NCBI GenBank assembly: GCA_951406725.2
Contig: OX597814.1
Location: forward strand, 172,236,001-172,300,000
Direction of reading: 5' to 3'
Origin: Octopus vulgaris
Taxonomy: Eukaryota
Length of the DNA: 64,000 nucleotides
The notes below the pieces were generated by a model that was not told the DNA's origin, did not search any database, and saw nothing but the letters and a program-made list of their open reading frames with translations. The position numbers and the translations under genes were made by a program. Positions 51,582 to 64,000 of the stretch are shown in pieces (the first letter of the stretch is position 1; each line of letters opens with the position of its first letter).

Positions 51582-52328
51582 GAAGAAGAAAAACAGTAAA
51601 AATATTCATCAGAACGGCAAGAATTGGAAAAGAATAAAGCAAAGAAGGAAAAATTATATATGAATGAAAGTAAAATAAAAAACTACACAAAAAGAGAAAA
51701 GAATTAAAGGGGAAAAGAAAAGAAAAAAAAAAAGAAAGGAGGAAAAGGAAGTTAAGAAAGAAGTAAGAAATATTATTAAAGACAAAAATGAATGAATAAC
51801 AACAAGAACAAAAAAAAACAATGTAAGAAGAGAAACAATAGATGCAAATAGGGTAAATTTCTCGTCATTCCGATGCAGGCACAATACAAAGTATGTGAGA
51901 TTGTTTGACAGCCGTCAGAAGCTATTTACATTTGTACAATTAAGAAAAGATTTTTGAAAAAATAGGAAGAAAGTCTAAAGACTGACATCAAAGTCAGGTG
52001 GGGGCAAAAGCAAAAAAAAATAAATAAAAACCAACAAAAAAATGCAGAAAAATAAGGGAGAAAGAAAGAAATAGAGAGAAGGGGAGAGGGAAAGAGGGAG
52101 GGAGTGGAAGGAGTATATGGAAGCATATACAGATATAAAATAAAATTCATAAATGAAAACAATGCAAGGGAAAACAAAAAAAAAGAAACAAAAAAAAAAC
52201 AATTCTTCACAGACGTAAATAACGATAGAACAGGTAAGGTTAAGATTTGATTTTGGCTTTTTATTAATATGTTTTTTTAGAACACGCATGCGTACATACA
52301 CAAACTGATATGTATGAACGTCTGTCTG

Positions 52329-52359
<31 letters not shown>

Positions 52360-52615
52360 ATTAAGTGTGTGTGTGTGTATCTATATATGTATGTATATAT
52401 ATATATATATGTGTGTGTGTGTGAGTGTATTTTGCTGTTATCATTTAAACATAGGAACGAATTATATCTCACTTTTGATTTGCTCTCCAAAATATTTTGC
52501 TCCTTTTAATGAGCCTTTCGACGTTAGGGTTTTCTATCCTTATATTTCGTGTCTTAATATTGACATATAAGAAAGTATAACCGAAAGTAATGAATAAGTG
52601 GGTATAACTTATTTA

Positions 52616-53158
52616 TCTATTATATAAAATCGTTCTGTTTGTCTGTGTGTGTGTCTTCTAGGATCTCGGGCATCCTCCATCCGATTGCACTCAAATTTGA
52701 TATGTAGATACCGACGGTATCAGGGCGTGTATAAGTCTTGAAATAATTACAAAAATCGATTCCAGGTGAGAATGCGATCGTAAAGCCGTTTTTGTCTTGC
52801 TTTTCTTCCGTCAACCTGTACATAACTGCACCTTCTATTTTTTTGTTGTTTTTGTACTGCTTAAAGGCACGTTTCTTTCCTGCCAAGTTTACTGTTTATA
52901 CCATGTTTGTGTTCTCCCAGTCAACAGCCTTATAATTACTGGCACTTTAAATTCTTCGCTTGCTTATTTGTGTGAATAAAATCGTTTTTCTTTGGAATAG
53001 AAAAAAAGTCTATCTTTATTTCTTCTTTTGCTGGTGTCTCAAATTTAGGTTAAATCAGTGTTTTTCAAATGGGAGGACAAGTTGTTTTGAGAAATTTTGG
53101 TTTAAATGTTTAACAACTCAGCACCGTCCATTGGGTGGGTGGGGGTCGTTTTGCTCGT
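52616..53158 (+). mobile_element. Probable non-autonomous Helitron
   Basis: A|TCTATTATATAAAA..gtctgtgtgtgtgtc 5' end resembles 35101. The 3' end is degenerate (gggtcgttttgctcgt). Confidence 0.5.
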
Positions 53159-53224
53159 AATCTAATATAGTCCGTTCAAACTGCACATAAAGTTAGACTA
53201 AGTGACTATTCTTCGATAAAAAGG

Positions 53225-53790
53225 TTCTACTCAGCAAGGTCTCCGTGACAAACAATGCATTTGTGCCATCGTTGAACTCAAATTTCGAATCCTCTGTGAA
53301 AACTTCTGGTGTGCATTTTCATACACACTTCTTAACATCCACATTTACTCCGTTTGTACCATCAAACGGGTTTTTACTGGAAACAGATCTTCATTTGACC
53401 GAACAGGTGGATGTTGGAAGGCGCCAAATCCAGACTATACAGAGGTTGATGAACCAGTGGCCAGTCCATTTTGTCGATTGCCTTATTTGTTGCCAAACGT
53501 ACGTGTGGCCATGCACTATTATGGTGAATGTAGATCATTTTCAGATTCTAGTTCGATCGTTTCTCCTAATGGTTTCTCTAAGCTATTTGAGTGTTCCCGA
53601 TTGTTGTTCATGGTACAGCTACGTTTTAGAAAATGAAGGAAAAAGATGCCCTTGTCACAGAAAAAAAAAACTTCATCATAACTGTCTGTGCTGCTCATGG
53701 CTCTTGAACCCTTAGGGCCTGGAGATGAGGTATAACAACTTCCATGGACTGTTTCTTCGTTTCCGGATCATAAAGATATATCCACATTTC
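53225..53790 (-). pseudogene. mariner transposase C-terminal relic
   Basis: Minus frames give HHNSAWPH (HDNARPH-like), SLDLAPSNIHLFGQMK (YSPDLAP-like) and VQRWHKCIVCHGD. A mariner-like TIR start tacgaggtctgatcaataagt lies at 53813. Confidence 0.78.
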
Positions 53791-55345
53791 ACTCACTTCA
53801 CTATATCTGATATACGAGGTCTGATCAATAAGTATCCGGACTGTTGCTATAGTAACAAAGCTATAAAGTACGCAGAGTGAAGCCGCTGGGCAAAGATTAA
53901 CCTTGTACTCTGCTATGTATGTGCACTAAGTCTTAACGTTCTAGCTCACTTACGCTGTTTACAGTAGTTGGCTGGAACCTGCTTTTATTAGCTTCGGAAG
54001 TATGAAGGTAAAAGTGGACCTCGGTATAGTTTAAATCCAGTTTGTAAAAGGGTGGAACAAATACTAGAAAACCCGTTTTTTCCACGTTCTAATGATTCTG
54101 CCTACTTATCCCGTTTTCACACAAACATACACACACACAGACACACATATGGTTAAATGTGTTTATGTGTTGTGTGAGTATTTGATGGCTAATTCTATCA
54201 ATGACTTTTACAAGAACAAATGTAAACAATATCTACGATTCCTTCCAAATGTCAACGTCACATTCGTATTCGTTAAATGGTTGCAAAGAAATTGACTGGA
54301 TCGCATCAACGTGCTACAGACGAAAAGCAGTACATTTGAATGGATATAGTTTACGTTGTTTTCATCCGAAAGAGTTAACACTACTTATAACAATAATACA
54401 TTTCGTGTGTTACCGGATCGATGACATAAGTGCCGGCTAAAGTACTGAGGGCGATATCGTCAACAAAATCTTCTGAAAGACTGTACCACAGCAAAATTGT
54501 GGGGTTAACAACGAAATAAAAAACAATATAAGTAACATTCACCATAACATTTCTATAACTATAATCATAGAAAATAACTGTACCTATTCTTGAAATTTAA
54601 TAGTGCATCTACTCCGAAGAAATAAATTCTGATTTGATATAGTGGATTAAATATTGAAAGGTTAATTAATACTAAATGGGAGGTCTTATAATCGCCTTAA
54701 TGGATTTAACAACTTCAGATGAGATTAAGAGTAAAGACGCAGAGAGTTCTACTTGCATACATATATGCATCCTTACGTTTATGTATATATGTATGTAGCG
54801 TTACGGACATGAATTGTTTATATAGTGAGAATTAAAAACTTATAAATATAATCGTAATTAAGAGAATGTTCTAAGAATTAATATGCAAACGATTCTGACT
54901 AGAAATCGGTGTTTGTAACTTAACTAAAAGGAAGCCAGTTGAAAACTAGGGTATTAGGGTATTAGAACCGTATGCAACCTAAAGAGTTTTATTTTTCTTA
55001 CGATAGGAAATCATATGATAACTGAAGATCTGTTTCACACACACACACACACACATGCACACACACACACACACGCACAAACACTCACACACAAACACAC
55101 ACATGCACGCACGCACTCTCTTAGCTTGTTTGTTTGTTTGTTTCTCTCTCTCCCTTTCTCTCTCTCCCTCTCTCTAACACATGCACACACACATATGCAC
55201 ATGTGTGTGTGTGTGTGTGTGAGTGGTACCTCATTAACTACTTAGCAGGCCTAGATACCTTTGTTAAATGAAGGTTATAATTTAGTCAAGGTATCCCAAG
55301 CTAACTCGCAGGCGATGTGACTTCGAGATGTATACATACGTACAA

Positions 55346-55392
<47 letters not shown>

Positions 55393-55397
<5 letters not shown>

Positions 55398-55752
55398 ATT
55401 AGGGCTAATTGCAACAAGTTGCTCAAAACCACATACCGAAAATATTAGAAATAGCAGCCAAATAGATCACTATTTCTACTACTAGTAAAAAAGTCTCCAG
55501 AAACAAACAGAATTTGTAACCCGTATATGGTAAAGAGAAAGAAGACAACGAAATCCCAGCCTATTGGATTAATTATAGACGAATCCGTTTCTGGATTAGA
55601 ACCGAAAGTCCATTTCCTTGTCAATATAATATTTCCTATAAATCTAGAAATGCTAGGAAGAAAAACTCACCCATTACACCAACTCGATCAGGCGACATCG
55701 AACGATATAACGGTCCGCTAGCATCTCTACATTTATATAGACAGGCAAATTC
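55393..55752 (-). mobile_element. HHR-bearing element in (TA)n, distant relative of the 46.7-kb element
   Basis: Shares ataattagggct, ccacatac, tagaaatagcagccaaa and atttctactact in the same order as 46687-46781. Confidence 0.72.
55572..55630 (-). ncRNA. Type I hammerhead ribozyme, U3-A8 core variant with a 5-nt insertion before stem II
   Basis: auuaua UUGACAA ggaaa ugga..ucca GAAA cg-gauu-cg UC uauaau. Confidence 0.68.
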
Positions 55753-55825
<73 letters not shown>

Positions 55826-55826
<1 letters not shown>

Positions 55827-56020
55827 AGTAATCCCTCGACTGTTGCGAGTGTTACGTTCCCAACCCCCCGCAATAGGTGAAAATCCGCGAAGTAGAAACA
55901 GTATTCTATAATTTGTATATAATTATTTTATTATAAATGCAAAACAACACCACGGAAGAAATGATGTAAGCTTAAAAAATAAACCACGATAGGTAAACCC
56001 GATATGGCGAGGGATTATTG
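55826..56020. mobile_element. pogo/Tigger-like MITE
   Basis: TA|CAGTAATCCCTCG ... CGAGGGATTATTG|TA termini with a TA target duplication. Confidence 0.78.
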
Positions 56021-56039
56021 TATTTATACATATATCTGA

Positions 56040-56362
56040 TACCCCTCTCGGTCATGACTGACCGCGGGATTGCACCTAGAAAGTTACCCTCCCAAGCACA
56101 AGTCCGGACAAGGTTGTTTATGGAAGACCAGCAGTCGCCCAGGCATACCGGCCTCCCCTCTCCACGCCACCAGTTTTATCCAAGGGAAAGGCAAAGGCCG
56201 ATACAGCTTGGCACCTGTGACGTCGCAACTCATTTCTACAGCTGGAGCAACGTGAAATAAAGTGTCTTGCTCAAGAACACAACACGCAGCCCGGTCCGGG
56301 ATTCCAACTCACAACCTCACGATCGTAAGTTGGACACTCTAACCACTGAGCCATGCGCCTTC
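56040..56362 (-). mobile_element. tRNA-derived SINE (family C-related head)
   Basis: Minus strand GGCGCATGGCTCAGTGG...GAGTTGGAATCCC...TGTTCTTGAGCAAGACACTT. Confidence 0.75.
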
Positions 56363-56366
56363 ACAT

Positions 56367-56426
<60 letters not shown>

Positions 56427-56441
56427 ACATACATACATACA

Positions 56442-56473
<32 letters not shown>

Positions 56474-58174
56474 ACCCGGAACCATTTTGTCGGGAAGGAA
56501 GCTCAGATTAGCAATGTGTGTTCTGAGACTGGTGGGGATCTCTAGAGCAAGTGCTCAATGACTCCATGCTTTAAGGTAAGCATGGACTGTGTTTTTCTCG
56601 AGAAGCAGGCCGCAAGAGACATGGATAATCATCAGACAGGTCGCACTATTACAAGCGTGGCATTCAGAAATCCAGGTGATGGATTTACATTCTCAGAGAA
56701 ACACAAATGAATGTAAAATTTACGCTGATATTTTCTTCTGCACAAAAATATACACGAAACAAACAAATGCAAACGTTAATAGTCTTTAAATAATATTATC
56801 TTTCTTTCATAGAATAATTGGATCCTGCAAGAGCTTTTTAATGGTATAAGCATTGAAATAACATTCAACAGCTTAGCTATTAATATTCATGTAGATGGCG
56901 CCTTAGAATTACTAAATTTATTAAGAATCTTTAAAAATGGCTCAATCAAATTAGACGAATTGCCGCCAATCTCAGCGTTAAAAATAAAAATAAAAGTCCA
57001 CAACGTAAATTCGAGTCAAAATCGAAACTGTTAAGGAGTAAATGTGCATGTGTGTGTGTGTGTGTGTTTATATATATATACACACACATTAACGTACGTA
57101 TATAAGCACACATAAATGCATGGATGTGTGCGTACGTGTGTGTGTGCGCGCGTGCGTGCATATATTTGTGTGTATATGTGTGTGTTTGATTGTGTACTCA
57201 TAAAATATGCCCAATATTTTGTCTCTTCGTTCTGTCCAACATTAACAAGTTGATACAAACACACTCCTATTAATTTCATTTCTTTTCCCTTTCTCTCTCG
57301 CTCTTTATCTATTTTTCTTTCTTCCCCCCACTCTCTCAAACTCACACTCTTCCTACTCGCTCCCCCTCTCTCTCCGTCCTCTCTCTCTCTCTTTATCCTC
57401 TCTCTATCTCTCTATCCGTCTGTGTCCCTTGTTTCATCTGTAAGCACTTTAAAGACGTGCACTCAAGAGTACATATTTTATGGAAGTCAGCCAAACAGCG
57501 AGTTGGCAGAATCGTTAGCACGCCGGACAAAATGCTCGGCAGCATATTTTCGGGTACTACATTCTGAGTTCAAACCTCACTGAGGTTTACTTTACTTTTA
57601 CTTTCATTTCATGTTCGATAAAATAAGTACCTATTTCTTTACTACTCACAAGGGGCTAAACACAGAGAGGACAAACAAGGACAGACAAACAAATTAAGTC
57701 GATTATGTCGACCCCAGTGCGTAAGTTGTACTTATTTAATCGACACCGAAATGATAAAAGGCAAAGTCGACCTCGGCGGAATAATAATTCCACGAGCTAC
57801 TTGTAACGCAGTGGAACTCGGTATCACGAATATCCTACAACTCTACGACTGTCAAAGTAGCTCGCTAGTTCAATAAAATAAGTACCGTCTGATTATTGAC
57901 GTCAATGTAGCCGACTAGCCCTTTCCCTAAAATTTAAGGCCTTGTGCTTATAGTAGAAAGAATATGGTGATCAGTGCACCAGAAGATCACATCGTCCATA
58001 CACCTTTCATTGAGGTTAAACTATATTTCATTAAATGATATATTAATTAGTTATTCATAAGAAACAATGTATAACGACAAAGCATTTGATACAAACGACC
58101 GGAACATCGAATAATGTTATGTAACAACACCATATTCGCTTTTTTAATCTGAATGGTAAATACATAGAAATACA

Positions 58175-58222
<48 letters not shown>

Positions 58223-58692
58223 CACACATATATAGTATGTATAGTCAATTCGAGGATGTTATATCCTCATTGGGGATTACACAATCCAAGATATTGCATT
58301 AGTTAATCTCTAACATATAATGCGAAAAGTCACTGGTATATGTTAGGGATTATTGTAATTATATATATTATTAATATTGAAGGAAAGAAAATGAAGAAAA
58401 AAAATGGATGTATGAATAATTCATTTATATGTTATAATATGTTGAAAATATATTTTAAAAAACATAACAATGCAAATAAATTGATTATAAGTTGCGAAGC
58501 TAAAATAAATAAATAAATAAATAACCTACATATATGTTTCTGTACTTCCGCTTGTTGATCAGAGATTCTAAGATAAAGCTCATAATAACTCTGAAGAAGT
58601 GCTACCCTGTATATTTAGAATATGATACCTTTCTTAGCATTTAACCAAATGCTTAGAATTTCTGACAATTAGGGGATAATCCTGAACGATAT

Positions 58693-58879
58693 TCTTTTAT
58701 TATTTTACTTGTTCCAGTCATTTGAGTGCAGCCATGCTGGAGCACCACCTTTAGTTGAGCAAATCGACCCCAGGACTTATTCTTTGTAAGTCTAGTACTT
58801 ATTCTATCGGTCTCTTTTGCCGAACCGTTAAGTTACGGGGATGGAAACACACTAGCATCAAGTGATGTTGGGTGGGACA

Positions 58880-58913
<34 letters not shown>

Positions 58914-59097
58914 GAGATATATACATATATACGACGGGATTCTTTCAGTTTCCGTCTACTAAATCCACTCACAAGGCTTTGGTCGACCAGAGGCTATAGT
59001 AAAAGACACTTGCTCAAGGTGCCACGCAGTGGGACTGAACCCGGAACCATGTGGCTGGTAAGCAGGCTTCTTACCACACAGCCACTCCTACGCCTAC
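58693..59097 (-). mobile_element. SINE family A
   Basis: Reverse complement of the 33365 copy. Confidence 0.85.
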
Positions 59098-59561
59098 GCG
59101 TATATTTCTTTTACTTAGTCTATAAAAGATTTGTTCTTGCAATGAATTATAGGTTCGTATTGCTTGAAAGTTAAGATAACCGGGATAGTTATGATTGGAA
59201 AGCATTTTATGAGGGCTGGCCTAGGATGAGCAGTAGCAACATCAAGCAACATATTTTAACAAAAACATTTCTCTATCCCTGCTTTTGCACTTTCTCCCTC
59301 TTATATTCACAACACAAAGTCTTTCGTACTCATTCCTTCTCAGTATCTCTCACTAATTCTCCTTCTCCCTCTCACTCACTCTCTCAGATTCTCATATGCA
59401 CTTTTATACATGGATACATACATGCATGCTTGCATACAACAATTAGGCATAACACAAACAGATGTGTACATTACATTACATTTCATTCCATTTCCAATAT
59501 ATCCAAACCAAACGGCCTTCTAATCTATATCTAAAGACGGATAGACCAAGCTAGCATAAAC

Positions 59562-59594
<33 letters not shown>

Positions 59595-59806
59595 CTCACT
59601 CACTCACACACACATACACACACACGCACATACACACCACATTAGTATATATACGAAGAATATATGTATAAATGAAATAATAAAAATAATACAGTATTTA
59701 TTATAAATAACCACTATAACAAAAATGGAGCGAATGCAAACTATCAAATGAATACATGTTTGAGTGTATTCGTATTTGCATATATGTACGTGTATACATA
59801 CATACA

Positions 59807-59840
<34 letters not shown>

Positions 59841-59876
59841 CATACATATATACATATACATACACACACACACATA

Positions 59877-59983
<107 letters not shown>

Positions 59984-60051
59984 CATATATATATATATAT
60001 ATGTGTATATATATATGTGTATATATATATGTATATATATATATGTATATA

Positions 60052-60100
<49 letters not shown>

Positions 60101-60574
60101 GTATGTATATAAATATATATATATATGTATATATATGTAAGCGCTTGTTTTCTCTTTGATACTATGGCGCTGTGTTTGAGAAGAAACTTAAACGTTAATG
60201 TAGTGTTTGTGCAAATAATTTTGTGTCTGATCAACCGTTGGTAAGCATTCTTGACAGATAAAGTGAGAAACACGCGTACGAAAGGGATTAAGACTACAGC
60301 AACAACAGCCACAACCGGCATTATAGTCATCATCATCATAATCATCATCATGCACAGCAATAGCAATAACAGCAAAAACGAAAACATCACCAGCAGCAGC
60401 AACAGCAACAGCAACAACAATAACCACAACAGTAAAACCGAAAACAGCCGAAATAACAATCAGCAATTGATGCAACAATGCAACAATGCAACAATAGCAT
60501 AGACAGCAGTTGCACTTGTAGGAGAAATATCACAGCGTCACACCAAGTCATAACACCACCACTGCCGCCGCAAC

Positions 60575-61013
60575 CATGGTTCATGGTCTCAAAAATTTGT
60601 CTTATGAAGAAAGGCTGAGGACGCTCGACCTTTATTCTCTTGAAAAACGCCGCCGCCGTGGGGATCTCATTCTCGCCCACAACATCATAAGCGGAAAGTG
60701 TAACCTCTCGAAAGAGCTGTTCTTCACTCCTGCTCCAGAGCGTCGGCTGCGGGGTCATTCCGAAAAGCTCTACCTACGACGATTTCATCTCAATCGAAGG
60801 AGAGGAGCTTTCTCCGTCCGGGTTGCGGATCCGTGGAACAAGCTGCCAGACGAGATGGTGAAGATGCCGACGACCGCTTTGTTCAAAGCCTCCCTGGACC
60901 TCAAGTGGCCTGAACTCTTTACATGAACACCACCCTGTACTTAACTCCATGTCCCCCTACATGGCCTTGCTATTTGCTTTTGAGCCAAATTAACTAACTA
61001 ACTAACTAACTAA
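60575..61013 (+). mobile_element. CR1-like LINE 3' fragment with (TAAC)n tail
   Basis: LKNLSYEERLRTLDLYSLEKRRRRGDLI, RLRGH and FSVRVADPWNKLP, then a short 3' UTR and taactaactaac. Confidence 0.88.
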
Positions 61014-61109
61014 CCATTATTGCCACCACCATTACAACCAAGCCCAAACCGATACCCTCTGTTACACAACTACGTTACTGAGTAGTGCTTGAAATCCCTT
61101 AAAGATCAC

Positions 61110-61500
61110 ATGATCTCCTTTCCACTATAGGCAAAAAGGCCGGGAATTCTGGAGGAAAGGGGTTAGTCGATTGATCCCCATTGATCCCCAGTGCTTAACT
61201 GGTACTTGTTTCATCGACTCCTGAAAGAATGAATGTCAAAATCAACTTTGGTGGAATTTGGACTCAGAACGTGAAGACGGACGAAATACCTATTTCTTTG
61301 CTACCCACAAGGGGCTAAACATAGAGAGGACAAACAAGGACAGACAAACGGATTAAGTCGATTATATTGACCCCAGTGCGCAACTGGTACTTATTTAATC
61401 GACCCCGGAAGGATGAAAGGCAAAGTCGACCTCGGCGTAATTTGAACTCAGAACGTAGCGGCAGACGAAATACCGCTAAGCATGTCGTCCGGCGTGCAAA
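61110..61500 (-). mobile_element. SINE family B, tandem units
   Basis: 184-nt period (actcag at 61262 and 61446). Confidence 0.8.
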
Positions 61501-61994
61501 CGACGACGACAAGTTGACAACAACAACAACAACAATATTTTGATATAGGCACAAGGTCTGAATTTGGTAGGGGTGGGTCAGTTGTTTGGTAATTTATCGT
61601 CACTACCGTGATAAAAGCCAAATTTGACTCCGAGAGGATTTGAACGTAAAACGTCATTCTGTGTCTTCAGAGTTTATCTTAAATCAACCATTCTCCATTG
61701 TAGCTCTACCAAAACAAGGATATCTGGATGTTATCTTTCATGCTGCAGTTCTTCCGCCGATCTTCATTGATACTCAGAGGACATCTCTTACCCACCATTA
61801 ATCCTCTATAGTAGAGGTTCCCAACCTGTTTTGCATCACAGACCAGTTTCATGCATGTCGACCTTTACATGGATCAGAAGATCAGGCGCATAAAATAATT
61901 TATCGGAGCCTGAAAAAAAAATTGTGAGTGAAGCAAGTACTGGAATATGGTCCTGGAGGAGGTGGTAACTTTTCAAGATAAAACACTCTTCCGA

Positions 61995-62212
61995 CTCTCT
62001 TTACTCTTTTACTCTTTTACTTGTTTCAGTCATTTGACTGCGGCCATGCTGGAGCACCGCCTCTAGTCGAGCAAATCGACCTCGCGACTTATTCTTTGTA
62101 AGCCCAGTACTTATTCTATCGGTCTCTTTTGCCGAACCGCTAAGTGACGGGGACGTAAACACACCAGCATCGGTTGTCAAGCAATGCTAGGGGGACAAAC
62201 ACAGACACACAA

Positions 62213-62257
<45 letters not shown>

Positions 62258-62422
62258 TACGACAGGCTTCTTTCAGTTTCCGTCTACCAAATCCACTCAC
62301 AAGGCATTGGTCAGCCCGGGGCTATAGCAGAAGACACTTGCCCAAGATGCCACGCAGTGGGACTGAACCCGGAACCATGTGGTTGGTTAGCAAGCTACTT
62401 ACCACACAGCCACTCCTGCGCC
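61995..62422 (-). mobile_element. SINE family A, full length
   Basis: Near-identical to 3139-3564. Confidence 0.9.
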
Positions 62423-63728
62423 TATTTTACTGATAGTAAAATAGAAATAAATTTTTTAAAATTTATTCTTTCTGTCCACCCGGTATCAAATGACTAATAA
62501 CCCCGTGCTGGAACCCCGCTCAAAAAGAATGTAATGGTTGAAGTACCACTGGACAATATTGCTCGACTAGTAAAGACCTGTGAATGTTTGACTTCCAAAT
62601 GTCAAGTGCCCAATCTATTTCTTCGCGTCAGCCTGGAATACATCTCCGCCAAAGAGACGAATTGTAAAAGAAACAGCCTGATGAGGCCATCCTACATACA
62701 CTCGCCGTCTAGGAATCGATGATGAGCATTCAGTTTTCGCTCAAACAACTGAATTCCTTCACGTAAAATATGCGTAAGTGGCTAATTATTCCACGGACAA
62801 TTGAACTCTTAAGATAATCCATTAGGTTGAAACAGCGTGACATAAAGCGGCTTGAAACTGGAATACCACCTTTGCTGTCTTTAATGCTTGCTGCAACATG
62901 AAAATAATCCGGACCTATGTTTCACGCACATAATCCAGTCGGGAAGAGAAAGAGAGAAAAAGAGAAGGTGGAATTGAAAATGTTTTTCTAAAATAAGAAA
63001 TAATAAAAGGTGGAAAGTATTCGATAATGACTGTAAAGTAGCCAATAGTGTGTTAACTAACTAAATACTATAAAATAACGTGTGATGAAAAATTGTTGAA
63101 TCGCTGTGGATATAAGCAAGTAGGAGAAATAAACGAGTCACTGATTGCACACAGCTTATTTTCTGTTATTTAATCAAATTTATGTAGCCTTGTGCATTTC
63201 ATAGCGATAACATTCAACATTCATTGAAAAATATTAGGTCTGTTCATTATTTCTAATAAAAAGAAGCATGAACTTGAGTAATATTGTAAATATATTTATT
63301 ACATGCATTTGTCCTTTCTACTGGAAAATAAATAAAGCCATCACTTTCCGCCCAGGAAAATACTTCCACATTCTTCACTTACTGTTATTTATCTGTTAAT
63401 ATATTTATCTTTATTTAAAAAATTTTTTTTTGTGGTGGAAGGTACAAAACATTTTCATTTTTTTTAAACTTTCAATTCGTATTTTTTAATTTCCATTGAA
63501 GCATAGCATATGAACCGCATACCGTAATCAGTAGAATTACATTATGTCATCGTTGATACCAATAATCTTAGTGATAGTAAAATAATTAACATCAAAATAA
63601 ACGAGACAACGTAGAAGTTTTTACGTGATCAATCGACTTTCTTCATTGGAAAATTTATCTGATGCACAAAATTATGTGATTGTCTCTCGGCTGCGACATC
63701 TTTGATCGGAGATCTTATTTAGAGCTCA

Positions 63729-64000
63729 CCTATTTCTTTACTACCCACGAGGGGCTAAACACAGAGATAACAAACAAGGACAGACGAACGGATTAAGTCG
63801 ATTATATCGACTCCAGTGCGTAACTGGTACTTATTTAATCGAACGTAACTGGTACTTATTTAATCGAACTTATTTAATGAAACGTAGCGGCAGACGAAAT
63901 ACCTGTCCTATATAACAAGGACAGACAAACGGATTAAGTCGATTATATCGACCCTAGTGCGTAACTGGTACTTAATTTAACGACCCCGAAAGGATGAAAG
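63729..64000 (-). mobile_element. Rearranged SINE family B units
   Basis: Repeated gtaactggtacttatttaatcga and kin, running off the window end. Confidence 0.75.

Noticed and set aside
58586-58660. CTGAAGA with 7-bp stem II (agtgcta/tagcatt)
   Set aside because: GAAA is replaced by TAAC and stems I and III are unclear. At most a decayed relic.
62672-62880. CTGATGAGGCC with a distant GAAA
   Set aside because: It needs several bulges in stems II and III, so it is not supportable.

Overview
AT-rich, microsatellite-dense animal DNA. The tRNA-derived SINE families and composition suggest an octopus/coleoid cephalopod, which is inference. No intact host protein-coding gene is recognisable, and most long ORFs in the track are microsatellite artefacts. 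Recognisable transposon relics include R4/Dong-like RLE LINEs in (TAA)n, RTE and CR1/L2 3' ends, a CCHC ORF1, a near-complete Tc1, mariner fragments, Helitrons, a pogo/Tigger-like MITE and many SINEs. The main finding is an unusual density of non-coding elements carrying type I hammerhead ribozyme (HHR) folds: about ten different sequence contexts in 64 kb, mostly inserted in or beside (TA)n. Many are arranged as 1.05-1.5 tandem copies of a 356-600 nt unit, or as inverted arms. This architecture is expected for retrozyme-like or Penelope-LTR-like elements copied from circular or multimeric RNA. Several HHRs have non-canonical cores: a C3-G8 to U3-A8 swap (twice), a possible G3-C8 swap, U4C, and a recurrent U.U pair at 10.1-11.1. 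One repeat family has all hammerhead segments in a scrambled order. All folds were paired by eye and none has been tested for cleavage.
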